Shown here in pieces: positions 40,103-52,157 of a stretch of 64,000 nt of DNA (the stretch's first letter is position 1; every line of letters begins with the position of its first letter). The notes beneath the pieces are model-generated. The model did not search any database. It worked only from the letters and a program-made list of their open reading frames with translations, and was not told the DNA's origin. The stretch is from positions 248,001-312,000 of IMG/VR virus record IMGVR_UViG_3300022602_000024; one strand, written 5' to 3'. The translations under genes and the position numbers were made by a program.

Positions 40103-41130
40103 TATGCTGCCTTCATACAAGTAACTTCAGCCATTGCCTTCCAACGCAACGGGAAGCTCTTGCGCAAGTCAGCAACCTTGATTGCCATACGTAAACTGAT
40201 TTCGCGGAACTTGTGCTTGTTGACTTCGAGAAACTCAACAATCTCATCTTGCACACACTTCTCAAAATCGTAGTCGGCAAACAGGGCACCATCTGCAGCA
40301 ATTTGTTTGATACGCAACACTTTGTCACGCATAGTGTCTAGTGTCAAGTCCAGGTAGTGACAACGTGATTGAAGTGCATCCAAGTGATCACGCAGTTTTT
40401 GCGATTTCATTTGATCAAACTTGAGATTGGTAATAAAGATAACACTACCATTGAAAGTAAAACTATCTGGGATACCTTCTCTACGCAACAATGAACTGTC
40501 GCTCAACCATGAAATCTTGCGTTTCTTACCCGAGTCCAGAGCACCTTTAAGCAAGTTGAGTGCAACATCGTCCAATAGGATTGAGTCACAGTCATCAAAC
40601 ACCAACACACAGTTGGGATCTGAATACTTGTATAGAGTTGAATACAAGCCAAGTGCTGTTGCACTACCTTTTACAACCTCGGCACGTAATTTTTTACCTG
40701 CAATTTGATCAAACAAACAGGCTTTCTCAACAATCTTTTCTACACCAAACGATTTGCCAACTCCAGGGGGGCCCGACACAATCATAGCACGAATGTCGCC
40801 ATTGGTAGCAGCTTCTGTCATTTGATCCAGAATCTCGAAGCGTTCGCGAATACGCTCCATAACTGCCTCATCTGTTTCTACTGCCACTTCAGCGGCTTCT
40901 TTAACTTCTGCTACCATGCTATCCCCTTCTGATACAAATTCGTAAGATGAAACACCTTCTACCTTGACGCGAATAACGTCGGGCATGCCAGGGAATACAC
41001 CACCATTTTTAACTGTCACATAGCCACCTTTTGCGGTAGTCTTATATTGTTCCACTAGTTCAAAACAAACACCAGATACATCCGTTGTACGATAAGCACC
41101 TGACTTGACACGAATAAATGCTGTTGACAT
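40102..41130 (-). CDS. AAA+ ATPase
   Basis: Walker A GPPGVGKS, Walker B VFDDCD, FITN and SRC; AGGAG SD before ATG 41130. Confidence 0.88.
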   Translation of the reverse strand: MSTAFIRVKSGAYRTTDVSGVCFELVEQYKTTAKGGYVTVKNGGVFPGMPDVIRVKVEGVSSYEFVSEGDSMVAEVKEAAEVAVETDEAVMERIRERFEILDQMTEAATNGDIRAMIVSGPPGVGKSFGVEKIVEKACLFDQIAGKKLRAEVVKGSATALGLYSTLYKYSDPNCVLVFDDCDSILLDDVALNLLKGALDSGKKRKISWLSDSSLLRREGIPDSFTFNGSVIFITNLKFDQMKSQKLRDHLDALQSRCHYLDLTLDTMRDKVLRIKQIAADGALFADYDFEKCVQDEIVEFLEVNKHKFREISLRMAIKVADLRKSFPLRWKAMAEVTCMKAA

Positions 41131-41162
41131 GTTTACTGCTCCTGTTTTGTTAATATACATAT

Positions 41163-41192
41163 ATTATACTGCAACTTGGGTATTTTGGTCAA
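41163..41192 (-). promoter_or_regulatory. Early sigma70-type promoter
   Basis: TTGACC-18 nt-TATAAT. Confidence 0.7.
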
Positions 41193-41307
41193 CCAAAATT
41201 TGTTGCGTAAATACCACACCGCCGTATGCTTGTTGATACATTTCAGCCACAGATTGCAAGAAAAAAGTGTAAACTTTTCCTGAATTTGTTAGTAACGTAT
41301 ACTGCAT
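41164..41307 (-). CDS. 47-aa early microprotein; absent from the ORF track
   Basis: MQYTLLTNSGKVYTFFLQSVAEMYQQAYGGVVFTQQILVDQNTQVAV; AAGGAG SD and its own promoter. Confidence 0.7.
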   Translation of the reverse strand: MQYTLLTNSGKVYTFFLQSVAEMYQQAYGGVVFTQQILVDQNTQVAV

Positions 41308-41330
41308 TTTGGCTCCTTTTTACTGTCTAT

Positions 41331-41365
41331 GCTGTTATTATAACAAAATGCCCATTTCTGGGCAA
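41331..41365 (-). promoter_or_regulatory. Early promoter, copy 1 of a 35-bp direct repeat
   Basis: TTGCCC-17 nt-TATAAT; identical to 41644..41678. Confidence 0.8.
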
Positions 41366-41380
41366 GTGTGCTTGTTGTTT

Positions 41381-41623
41381 TTAGAACACAGCACCTACAA
41401 AACGCTCGTAATCGTAAAATGCTACTAAAGTATTACTTTTGAAGTATACAGAGAGCCCTCCCAAATCCTCACTAGTATCGTAAGAGATTGTGCCCTCAAA
41501 ACGCTCTTGCAATGCCTCCATTAAGTCGTCCCCAGTTGCCTCAAAACTTGCAATTGCTTCTGCTTCGTAATTGTGCGTATAAGTGGCATTGTTAATTTGT
41601 GTGCTTTGTGCAGATGTTAACAT
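41381..41623 (-). CDS. Small acidic early protein
   Basis: 80 aa with AAGGAG SD and its own promoter. Confidence 0.75.
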   Translation of the reverse strand: MLTSAQSTQINNATYTHNYEAEAIASFEATGDDLMEALQERFEGTISYDTSEDLGGLSVYFKSNTLVAFYDYERFVGAVF

Positions 41624-41643
41624 ACTGGCTCCTTTGTTGTTAA

Positions 41644-41678
41644 GCTGTTATTATAACAAAATGCCCATTTCTGGGCAA
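41644..41678 (-). promoter_or_regulatory. Early promoter, copy 2 of a 35-bp direct repeat
   Basis: TTGCCC-17 nt-TATAAT; identical to 41331..41365. Confidence 0.8.
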
Positions 41679-41706
41679 ATTGCATTTGTAGCATTTTTAC
41701 AACATG

Positions 41707-41784
41707 TTAAGATCTTGGGCGATCGGCGGCATTGCAAGTTTCGATACCCTTGAAGTGCCATTTACGGCAATGTGTACATTCCAT
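41707..41784 (-). CDS. 25-aa Cys/His micropeptide; absent from the ORF track
   Basis: MECTHCRKWHFKGIETCNAADRPRS; AAGGAG SD; promoter TTGCAG-17-TATAAT at 41812-41840. Confidence 0.6.
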   Translation of the reverse strand: MECTHCRKWHFKGIETCNAADRPRS

Positions 41785-41856
41785 CGTGTGCTCCTTTGTT
41801 GTTAAGCTGTAATTATAGCAAGATTGCCATTATCCTGCAATCACCGGTGTTGTTTT

Positions 41857-42078
41857 TTACGAATTTACAGTGATAAAAGGGCTTAAATCTTCGTCTGTAG
41901 AATGTAATACAAAAGTACTATCGTTTGGAACTGCGATACCTGCTCTAAATTCACATTCTTCTACGTAGTCTGCTTCAATATCGGCCATCCAACTATTGTA
42001 TTCCTGATCATACGGAAATAGACTTTCGTACTCGTCAGCATCAAATTCATTCACGGTTTCAAAAAATTTCATACTCAT
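41857..42078 (-). CDS. Small acidic hypothetical protein
   Basis: 73-aa ORF overlapping the end of the upstream gene. Confidence 0.6.
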   Translation of the reverse strand: MSMKFFETVNEFDADEYESLFPYDQEYNSWMADIEADYVEECEFRAGIAVPNDSTFVLHSTDEDLSPFITVNS

Positions 42079-42514
42079 AGTCGCCTACCTTTTCATAGTT
42101 AAGTGTTAACGCAAATTCAATGGCATCGTGCAGTTGGGCTACACTGATACCATGTTCGTAATAACCGTCATACAACATTTCAAGATAATGTTCGCTTGGG
42201 GGCAAATCTGTGTTGCCTTCTAGCATATAGTACACTAATGCTTCAACAGGCTTGCCTTCATGTATGACTGTTACTATCTTACGATCATAATAATAACCGT
42301 ATCCTTCAAGTTTGTCAAGTTCATATAAACAATCGTTGCTTATTTCCCACAGAACTCCATCTGTATCAAAAGTACTGTTTTCCAGAACATCTGCGTGGAC
42401 TGCGAATCTAAATTCGTATCCAGGCAAGGTTGCGATGCCCAAACTCACTGCTTGTGGGCAACGTCGGGCCATTTGATCAAGGTTGGTATTCATACCATAT
42501 GCAAAATATTTCAT
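42059..42514 (-). CDS. Gamma-glutamylcyclotransferase-family protein
   Basis: YFAYGMN...QM..RCP, GVLWEI, LDKLEG and PS..YL. Confidence 0.88.
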   Translation of the reverse strand: MKYFAYGMNTNLDQMARRCPQAVSLGIATLPGYEFRFAVHADVLENSTFDTDGVLWEISNDCLYELDKLEGYGYYYDRKIVTVIHEGKPVEALVYYMLEGNTDLPPSEHYLEMLYDGYYEHGISVAQLHDAIEFALTLNYEKVGDYEYEIF

Positions 42515-42545
42515 AAGTGTATTATAACACCTTATGAATTATGTG

Positions 42546-43676
42546 TCAAATCCAAGTGGGATTGAACATTTGCTGGAAACTTATACCTCTAATTTTGTCT
42601 GTTATTTCAACAAATTTTCGAAATTTGGCAAGTTGCCTGGAATCAAACTCGTAACTGTTGATCCATGATTCCAAAGTTGGATTTGGGTTTTCTTTAAGGT
42701 ACGATTTAAACTTTTCTACATCCTCGGGTGCTGCAGAGTTTACAGTTAAGTAACCTCCTGACCCATATCCTGATTTTGTATATACTTCGTTAAAATGTAT
42801 TTTGATATTGTTGTCTTTTGCGTACTTGATCAAATCAGGCAATGTATAGATACTGCTGTGTTGCAAAACGGTTTCGATAGTTAGTTGTATATTTGGATAT
42901 TTTTTAATTGTGTCAACTGCCTGCACAATCGTTTCCCATTTACTGCCATAACGAATATAATCATTATGCTTTCCAACGCCTTCTAGGCTAGCAGATATTC
43001 CCACTGTTTTAAATCTTGATAATGCAACAAATACTTTTTCAGTAAAACGAGTCATGTTGGTATTGAATGTTACTTTTACATTGGTATCTTCAATGCTGTT
43101 TAGAACATCAACTACCTCAGGAATCATCATTGGTTCTCCGCCAGTCATATGAATGCTTTTTACACGTTGAACCATACTATACAGTTTATCAAGTGCACCG
43201 GGTTCTTCCCACCAACGTATTGTTTTTACATTGTGCACTTTAAAATCGTTACTAGAAAATAGTTCGATGTTTCTTACATATTCCTCGCTTAAACTACTGC
43301 TAGCATAAGGACCACACATCAAGCATTTTAAATTACAATAATTTCCAAACCGAATTTCGATTTGCTGAATTTCAGGAGTATAATTATCTTGCTTAATCGG
43401 ATAACACTTATTATGATGCAATCTCAAATGAAACTGTCCAGGAATAGATTCTTTATTTTTACAATACGTACACCCATCGTCGTGTTGATTGTTTAACATT
43501 TTTTGCCGCAGCAGTTCATTCTCAACTGTCCACCATGTATCAAAATTTGAGAAATTATTTTCGCTTTTGTAAGTGGGAGCAGGATACTTGTATTCACAAC
43601 AAGGCAACATCGATCCGTCTGTATCGATTACCATGGCCCTAAAAGGAGCAGAACAAAAAGAGTTTGAATTGGGCAT
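42546..43676 (-). CDS. Radical SAM protein with twitch-like N-terminus
   Basis: FCSAPF, PCC, CTYC, CNLKCLMC, TGGEPM, NTN and YIRYGSKW. Confidence 0.92.
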   Translation of the reverse strand: MPNSNSFCSAPFRAMVIDTDGSMLPCCEYKYPAPTYKSENNFSNFDTWWTVENELLRQKMLNNQHDDGCTYCKNKESIPGQFHLRLHHNKCYPIKQDNYTPEIQQIEIRFGNYCNLKCLMCGPYASSSLSEEYVRNIELFSSNDFKVHNVKTIRWWEEPGALDKLYSMVQRVKSIHMTGGEPMMIPEVVDVLNSIEDTNVKVTFNTNMTRFTEKVFVALSRFKTVGISASLEGVGKHNDYIRYGSKWETIVQAVDTIKKYPNIQLTIETVLQHSSIYTLPDLIKYAKDNNIKIHFNEVYTKSGYGSGGYLTVNSAAPEDVEKFKSYLKENPNPTLESWINSYEFDSRQLAKFRKFVEITDKIRGISFQQMFNPTWI

Positions 43677-43677
43677 A

Positions 43678-43701
43678 ATAGAAACCCGCCACTAGGGCGG
43701 G
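43678..43701 (-). terminator. Terminator after groEL
   Basis: ACCCGCC-CTAGT-GGCGGGT followed by TTCTATT. Confidence 0.65.
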
Positions 43702-43725
43702 TCGGTTAGTGTAATATTATTTATA

Positions 43726-45643
<1,918 letters not shown>

Positions 45644-45725
45644 AATAATCTCCTTTTATGATTTAATGTATTATATAATAGAAAATGCCAGCATGTCAAC
45701 ATCACTGGCAAAAATTATTTATCTT

Positions 45726-46499
45726 TTAGAAATAGGTACAATTTTTCCTGGGAAAGAAACATTCGTTGTTCTGCAATGGTTTGATTTTCATTGTTTCTAA
45801 CATGCTTTCTTTGCCCAAGCCCATAGCTAAACTATAAACAAAGTTTTGATTGGCCATAACCATATCTGCTCCTGCAACTATGTTGGCCAGTTCCAAAAAG
45901 TCTTGAACTGGATGGTATGGGATTGGAACTCCAGTTACTTTGACAAAATCCCTATGTTCTTCTTTGGTACCCAGAAAAACTCCGTTAACATCCAGCATAC
46001 CCTGGTCGGCCATGTACTCCCAGTATGTATCAGATTCGGGATCTCTATAGCGGAAAGTACGGCTAACCACAATAGGTTTGATCCTAACAGGATCTGCTTC
46101 CAACCAAGGTGTATCATAATCCTGCATTAGGAATGGCAAGCCAAATGTTCTGTGGTATGCTTCCACATAGTTGCCTTCAAAGCCACGGAACAGTACCCCA
46201 CGGAAACGATCCAGGTCTACATCAGGTTCGGGCGTGCCTTGTGTCCATGTGCCAGCATCGGCAATGTAACTTTGGCGGTTGAGTAAGGGCCGTAGCCATT
46301 CATAATCTTGGTAAGTAAATCTTCCCCGGTGTGCAGGATCAACTTCTTCGGGTCTGTATCCATATTGTGCAACACAATGTTCGATATTGTTTAGGGCCAC
46401 AAGGAACATGGCATTGTTCTCTACTGCCATTTTCTTTACCGCACTTAGGCTATAAATCAAATCGCCTAGTGTTCCTGAATGTCTATATGTCGTCATCAA
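45726..46499 (-). CDS. GT9-like (GT-B) glycosyltransferase
   Basis: HSGTLGDLIYS and FLELANIVAGADMVMANQ. Confidence 0.65.
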   Translation of the reverse strand: MMTTYRHSGTLGDLIYSLSAVKKMAVENNAMFLVALNNIEHCVAQYGYRPEEVDPAHRGRFTYQDYEWLRPLLNRQSYIADAGTWTQGTPEPDVDLDRFRGVLFRGFEGNYVEAYHRTFGLPFLMQDYDTPWLEADPVRIKPIVVSRTFRYRDPESDTYWEYMADQGMLDVNGVFLGTKEEHRDFVKVTGVPIPYHPVQDFLELANIVAGADMVMANQNFVYSLAMGLGKESMLETMKIKPLQNNECFFPRKNCTYF

Positions 46500-46681
46500 T
46501 ATCTACTGCCTTCTTGTCCTGGTTCATTGCTGTGTGAGCACTCTAATTCGTGATTGGTTGCTCGGGGGCAACGTTTATTGCCGCAATCCGGGCATACTAT
46601 AAACGTGTAACTGGTTACTGGAATTCCGTTTTCGTCCTCAATTTGACTCAAGCACCGATAACACCAACACTTGTATTTCAT
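46496..46681 (-). CDS. Small Cys-rich zinc-binding protein
   Basis: CWCYRC...CPDCGNKRCPRATNH..C. Confidence 0.75.
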   Translation of the reverse strand: MKYKCWCYRCLSQIEDENGIPVTSYTFIVCPDCGNKRCPRATNHELECSHSNEPGQEGSRY

Positions 46682-47568
46682 AGCGTCTCCAGTATTGCAC
46701 CAGCAATGGCAGCAGTATCAAAATTGTTGTTGCAAGGAGTGTTTCCTTTTTTGCAAATCAATCTACTAACTGGACGTTGCTGAATGTCATTACATCCTGC
46801 ACAATCTTCTAAAGTCTGTATAGCCACTGCGTTTTTACCATCTTCCCAATTTCGGATTGGCACAATGACTTCAGGACGTAGATGTGTTAGTAATGCAATG
46901 ATATGTGTATCACTTGCAGCCGCACACCAATAAGGACCCGAATCAACCCCAGCAAATGCTCGTGCACCATCACACAGCACTTTTATCTGTTGGTTATTAA
47001 ACCGGGCTCTTGCGTCAACAAACAAAGGATGATCAACAAAATGATCAGTCGAGCCACCAACACATACAACCTTAAAGTCGGCTTTTTGTTTAAATACTTG
47101 AGCATATACATCTAACCACACATCCATAGTAATATTCTTAGCAGTCCAATGCCAATTACGCATATGAACCACAATGTATTGATCTAACTCATTTTGTCGT
47201 TGAAACTCAGCAACTGCAGCTTGATCTTCATTAGATGGGAATAATTCTACTCCGTGATTTAGCGAATTAACACCAAACGCACGATACATATAATTCTTTT
47301 GATAATGTTGCGTAGGATTAAGTTCGTATGCATTATCCAAGTTGATGTATATGTCCCAACCTGCTACATTGGGAATTTGATCCACTGGGAAAATGTTTCT
47401 AATATGCGGGTTGTTGCGATATACTTCAGCAAAGTCTGTAGCCACGTCAATATTTGCGTTGGATCCATATTTTAGTTTTAATTCTCTTACTACTGCGGTG
47501 CTCATGATAACATCGCCAATGGCCGCACGACGTTGCACTAATATGTTAATTGGTTGTTCTAATTTCAT
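46678..47568 (-). CDS. Glycosyltransferase family 9 (heptosyltransferase-like)
   Basis: RRAAIGDVIMST, RNNPHI and FAGVDSGP. Confidence 0.85.
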   Translation of the reverse strand: MKLEQPINILVQRRAAIGDVIMSTAVVRELKLKYGSNANIDVATDFAEVYRNNPHIRNIFPVDQIPNVAGWDIYINLDNAYELNPTQHYQKNYMYRAFGVNSLNHGVELFPSNEDQAAVAEFQRQNELDQYIVVHMRNWHWTAKNITMDVWLDVYAQVFKQKADFKVVCVGGSTDHFVDHPLFVDARARFNNQQIKVLCDGARAFAGVDSGPYWCAAASDTHIIALLTHLRPEVIVPIRNWEDGKNAVAIQTLEDCAGCNDIQQRPVSRLICKKGNTPCNNNFDTAAIAGAILETL

Positions 47569-48776
47569 TCTGCTTGTAATTTTGGAAAATAGCGTAAAAA
47601 TCGATCGTTGGCGTTATCTCTACGGGCTTTGATCTTGGATCTAATTTCTTTGTAGAAGTTCCATGCCAGGGGAATGAACAACACCGACTCATCTGTGCCA
47701 ATGCTGTCTAAATAGTCAATGCCTACTACAGGAATATCAGTGCCAGGACAATATAATCCTTGCTTTAAAGGATTATCATCAACAACACAATCCATTTCAA
47801 TTTTGGCGGCATTGATCAATGTCATTCCTTTGGCGGCTGCTCCATATCCAACAACACGATATCCTTGCGCTCTACTACTGTCAATACTGTTTTTCAAGTC
47901 TGACAATAGTGCAGTAACTCCAGTGGCCCAATCCGTATATGTACTGGGTTGATGTAGTTTGGCTTCCATTGCTAGTATGTTTTGCATATGGAAACGATTC
48001 TCTGGTTTCTTAGCCAACACAAAGATATAACTTGTGCCATGTATAGGAGTCTTGACCACATCAACCAAGTACAGGCCAGCACGTTCAGCCAATCTACGCA
48101 TCGATTCTGCATTGTAAAAACTGATGTGCTCGTGATAGATGGTGTCAAACTCACCATTAACAACCATGTCTGCTTGGCTTGTGCTGATAAAGATCTTGCC
48201 ATCATGTCGCAATACACCGGCAGCAATTTGCAAGTATGTTAAAGGATCGGGAATGTGTGCAAAGGCATTTTGACTTGTTATAATATCAAATTCACGTCCC
48301 AGTTGGTCAGCACAGGCTTGATTCCAGAATCCTTGTACCACTTGATGTCTTTTGGCACTACTAACAGGATACAAGTTCTCTGCAGGATCTACTCCGTATG
48401 TATCCATACTCAACCGTCGAAATGCATCAAGTTGACTGCCGTCATTGCACCCAATATCTAACACTGACATAGGACTATGATAAAAATGTTCACGTACAAA
48501 CCTAGCATACCAATCCATATACTCAGTATAGGTCCGACTTGTTCCGCTAACATACAGATAATGTGTATAGATTAATTCAGGATCAACTGCATGTGTAAGT
48601 TGTAAGTGATCGCAATCTTCACATCGGTTAACTGCTAATGGATAACGATCTTCGTGTTCTTGACTGGCAGCGTTGCGAAAATTATTGGCCAGGGGCTGAT
48701 CATTGAGATCTAAGGTCGGCACCAGATCATTGCCACCACAGGCAATGCATTTAAGAATAGATGTACAATGTTCCAT
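47565..48776 (-). CDS. NDP-sugar C-methyltransferase
   Basis: CIAC...QPLAN zinc domain, LDIGCNDG, FDTIYHEH and GYGAAAKG. Confidence 0.9.
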   Translation of the reverse strand: MEHCTSILKCIACGGNDLVPTLDLNDQPLANNFRNAASQEHEDRYPLAVNRCEDCDHLQLTHAVDPELIYTHYLYVSGTSRTYTEYMDWYARFVREHFYHSPMSVLDIGCNDGSQLDAFRRLSMDTYGVDPAENLYPVSSAKRHQVVQGFWNQACADQLGREFDIITSQNAFAHIPDPLTYLQIAAGVLRHDGKIFISTSQADMVVNGEFDTIYHEHISFYNAESMRRLAERAGLYLVDVVKTPIHGTSYIFVLAKKPENRFHMQNILAMEAKLHQPSTYTDWATGVTALLSDLKNSIDSSRAQGYRVVGYGAAAKGMTLINAAKIEMDCVVDDNPLKQGLYCPGTDIPVVGIDYLDSIGTDESVLFIPLAWNFYKEIRSKIKARRDNANDRFLRYFPKLQAE

Positions 48777-49501
48777 TAGTTTTTGATAGGTGATCCGTTG
48801 GGTGCAATTTGACCTTCTACGCCAAGATTGGCAATTTCTTGCACATGTTCTGCGGGCAGGAACTTGGCCAACACGTGTTCAATATCAATGTATCCGCCGG
48901 CATTGACACGTTCAGCAAAGAACATGAAACTGTCGCGATACACTTGAATAACTTCGTCAGTCATTGAGTTAGGCCAAGACCATAGTCTAGCCATGTACTG
49001 CCAAGGTTGTGTGGTTACTTCCACTGGGAATTGGCTTTTGAACTTGGGACCAATGATGATCTTGTCTGTGTTGGCAGAGTCTTCGTACATTGCTGGATCA
49101 AACATGTCATTGAGCACATAGCGCCCTGACATCTTATGCACACGATCAATGCCCTCAAACTTGCCAGAATTATTCAATGCTTCTAGTGCATTACCAAAGC
49201 ACATGATCTCTGTGCCGTTTTTGACTACATCCCAGTTGTCTGAGTCATACATGGCCTGCACGTTGGGATCTTTACTGTAGTCAATGAATCCATTGCTGGC
49301 TGCAATCAAATGATTGGCCTGTTGATCTGTAATGGGTGTTCCGCAACATTCCATAACAAAGATTTTAGCAGTGGGTATCCGGCTACGAATACTGGTAATA
49401 GTATCTAGTGTTTGGTTAAGCCGTTGTGCGGCACTAAAAACACCAAACTTGCTGTTGATTGCACTTGTGACAACAAATGCGTGATTTACTTGGTTAGCCA
49501 A
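48776..49501 (-). CDS. Hypothetical protein in the glycosylation cluster (GT-A-like)
   Basis: VVTSAIN...R..QT..TI.SI, KMSGRY and DIEH. Confidence 0.55.
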   Translation of the reverse strand: MANQVNHAFVVTSAINSKFGVFSAAQRLNQTLDTITSIRSRIPTAKIFVMECCGTPITDQQANHLIAASNGFIDYSKDPNVQAMYDSDNWDVVKNGTEIMCFGNALEALNNSGKFEGIDRVHKMSGRYVLNDMFDPAMYEDSANTDKIIIGPKFKSQFPVEVTTQPWQYMARLWSWPNSMTDEVIQVYRDSFMFFAERVNAGGYIDIEHVLAKFLPAEHVQEIANLGVEGQIAPNGSPIKN

Positions 49502-50526
49502 CGTTTATTCTCCAATGTCCATTGTACCATTCCGGCAATACGCTCACTCAATTTGATCTTAGGTTCCCATCCCAACTGCTTTAGCAAGCCACCATCTAAG
49601 GCATAACGCAAGTCATGTCCGGGACGGCTACCATGGAAGTCCACCATTTCATAAACAAGTTCTTTACCTACACCAGCAGCAATCATTTGTGCCAAGGTCA
49701 AGTTATCAATTTCTTCTGTACCCACTAAGTTAAACTTGGGGCAATGTGCCCATCCGTAATCACCTGTGTGTTTGTAGTTTTGTGGCAATGTTTGTAATAT
49801 AAACATCAGTCCTTCTGCTACATCTCGAGCATGAATATACATACGTGTGCCAGCTGCAGTCTTGGTAGGATCAGCGTGGATGAAAATCTTTTCTCCGTCA
49901 CGTACACGTTGGATACACATGGGAATAAACTTCTCTGGATGCTGACGCTCCCCAAATACGTTCATGGTATGTGTTACAACAATGGGCATCTTGTAAGTGT
50001 TTTCGTAAGCAACGCAGAATTCTTCTGCGGCTGCTTTACTTGCACTGTAGGGATTGGTACTGTTATAACGATCATACTCTTTATAACTTACTCCCGGAGG
50101 TGCAACACCAAAGATCTCGTCTGTGCTAAAGTACACAAAACGCTCTAGGTCGGGCAAGTTTTTACGTGCATAGTCCAACATATTGACTGTGCCCACTGTG
50201 TTGTCTAACACAAACTCCATGGGGTATGTAATACTACGATCCACGTGGCTACTGGCAGCCAAGTGCAACACAATATCAATCGGACCAATGTCGGCTACAA
50301 TTTGACTGTTTAGTTCTGCTTTGATATCGTGAAAGATAATGCGTAAACGTTCACTGACCAATTTGGGATCGTGATCTTTCAACATGTCGTGCAGTCTGTT
50401 TAGATTACCGCTGATGTCCAAACGGTCTAGTGTGACCACATTCCAATCAGTATCTCGTAAAATTTTATCTATAACGTGGTGGGCAATGAATCCCGCACCA
50501 CCGGTGATTAATACGTTCTTTGACAT
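49486..50526 (-). CDS. rfbB: dTDP-glucose 4,6-dehydratase
   Basis: ITGGAGFI, HLAASSHVDRSI, STDE, PYSASKA and RPGHDLRYA. Confidence 0.93.
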   Translation of the reverse strand: MSKNVLITGGAGFIAHHVIDKILRDTDWNVVTLDRLDISGNLNRLHDMLKDHDPKLVSERLRIIFHDIKAELNSQIVADIGPIDIVLHLAASSHVDRSITYPMEFVLDNTVGTVNMLDYARKNLPDLERFVYFSTDEIFGVAPPGVSYKEYDRYNSTNPYSASKAAAEEFCVAYENTYKMPIVVTHTMNVFGERQHPEKFIPMCIQRVRDGEKIFIHADPTKTAAGTRMYIHARDVAEGLMFILQTLPQNYKHTGDYGWAHCPKFNLVGTEEIDNLTLAQMIAAGVGKELVYEMVDFHGSRPGHDLRYALDGGLLKQLGWEPKIKLSERIAGMVQWTLENKRWLTK

Positions 50527-50542
50527 AGTGTTCCTGTTTGAA

Positions 50543-51418
50543 TTAGCTAGTATACGGATATTTTGGCAACAAGTCAACGGCTTTGGCTTCCGGATTGCTC
50601 AAAATAAATTCGGCATACTTTTCTTGATTGTCTACAATGGTTTTAGGGAAGTACGAGTCCAATTCCACAATGCTATAACGATCGTTGGGATTGCCACGAT
50701 TCCATTCTTTGCGTTCGGCAATCGACTTTTCTACATCAATCTGCTCAATAAACTCGGGACGATTAACTTCAGCATGTGCAAAGTTCTTGGCCTTGTTACG
50801 CAACCATTCGTTGTTGCCCATATAACCAAAGTGCCAACCACCATGCTCAATCACTTCACATCCATCGTTCTTGAACTGATAAGGCGCTGACATGAATTGG
50901 AAACGTATGCGTCTGAATTCTGTAGGGGTAATGTCTTTCAATAACGCCCGACGCCCGGCCATGGCCCAAATGTCATATTCGCCTGGAGTGGCTCTCATGT
51001 AATTGAACTTGAAGTTGTGCAGGCTCATACGTAGTGCAAATAGGCTTTGATCGCTAGCAACCATGTACTGTAGTGCAGCCGGACGAATGATTTCATCCAA
51101 GTCACTGATCAAGATCAAATCATCTAGGGCAGCATCAGCAATGCCTTGGCGAATTTGATCTCTGTGGTGTGCTTCGTTAACCCAGGAATCTGGATCATTG
51201 GGCATGTCATCAACTTGGATATGGATAATCTTATCTGCCCACTGTGCGTAGCGGGCCTTATTATCTTCGTAGTAGTAAGGCTTTGGATTACCTTGATGTG
51301 TCATATTGGCTTCAACCAAAACAAAGTGGTCGACAAAATCATATAATTCTGTTAATCTTAGTTCAAGTAGATCCAACTCATTGTAGAAGGGGAAACAATC
51401 GTAGATTTTTATTTTCAT
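50543..51418 (-). CDS. Glycosyltransferase family 17 (beta-1,4-GlcNAc-transferase-like)
   Basis: YDCFPFYNELDLLELR, VLVEA..TH.G.PK, ISDLDEI and GGWHF. Confidence 0.88.
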   Translation of the reverse strand: MKIKIYDCFPFYNELDLLELRLTELYDFVDHFVLVEANMTHQGNPKPYYYEDNKARYAQWADKIIHIQVDDMPNDPDSWVNEAHHRDQIRQGIADAALDDLILISDLDEIIRPAALQYMVASDQSLFALRMSLHNFKFNYMRATPGEYDIWAMAGRRALLKDITPTEFRRIRFQFMSAPYQFKNDGCEVIEHGGWHFGYMGNNEWLRNKAKNFAHAEVNRPEFIEQIDVEKSIAERKEWNRGNPNDRYSIVELDSYFPKTIVDNQEKYAEFILSNPEAKAVDLLPKYPYTS

Positions 51419-51473
51419 AGTGATATTTATTTGCTAATAAATACTGTACATTAATTTTCAAAGGCGGTCAACC

Positions 51474-52157
51474 ATGTATGCTGTTGTAAGCATGTGCACT
51501 TCAAACCTAGATGACCTGGGTAACTTAACAAACAAATACAAACTCGAATACTGTGAACGCCATGGTTATGAGTTCTTCAATATCGGCGACGAAGAAATTG
51601 GCCCAGTAGACGGCCCATGGAGTTTTTCAATGGACTGGCATAAACCACGTTATGTCAGCAACCTATTTGCTCAACGCCCAGATATTGAATGGGCACTAGT
51701 AACCGAAGCCGACGCCACCATTACCAACTTGACCATTCCCATGAGTGATCGGGTAGACAATGACTTCCATGTGGTTGTTCCAGTGGATAGACTCAACATC
51801 AATTCCGGCAACATGTTGGTACGCAATAGCCCAGAAGGTCGTGCTTACTTGCAAGCCATGTTGGCAGACGGAGACAAGTACCTTACAAATACCACCAACA
51901 ATCCCATATTTGGATTGCAGTTATGGATGGTAGATACCATTGATCAACATGGTGATATCACAAAGATTGTACCACAAAAGCACATGAACAGTTACGAACT
52001 GGAAATTTACGACTATTGCGATGTCAGCACCGACATCATGGGCAATAGCGGAGTATGGACCCGGGGCGACTGGATTGTGCACTGGCCTGGTATCAGACAT
52101 GAAGTTAGACTTCAACGTGCTGCATCATTAGAAACAGAAGGAAGGATAACAAGATAA
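51474..52157 (+). CDS. Glycosyltransferase family 34-like
   Basis: YCERHGY, WHK, EADA, INSG.MLVRN and GDWIVHWPG. Confidence 0.8.
   Translation: MYAVVSMCTSNLDDLGNLTNKYKLEYCERHGYEFFNIGDEEIGPVDGPWSFSMDWHKPRYVSNLFAQRPDIEWALVTEADATITNLTIPMSDRVDNDFHVVVPVDRLNINSGNMLVRNSPEGRAYLQAMLADGDKYLTNTTNNPIFGLQLWMVDTIDQHGDITKIVPQKHMNSYELEIYDYCDVSTDIMGNSGVWTRGDWIVHWPGIRHEVRLQRAASLETEGRITR

Noticed and set aside
41331-41678. CRISPR array
   Set aside because: Only two 35-bp copies about 310 bp apart, and both are promoters; no cas operon, and the PD-(D/E)XK nuclease is a typical phage exonuclease
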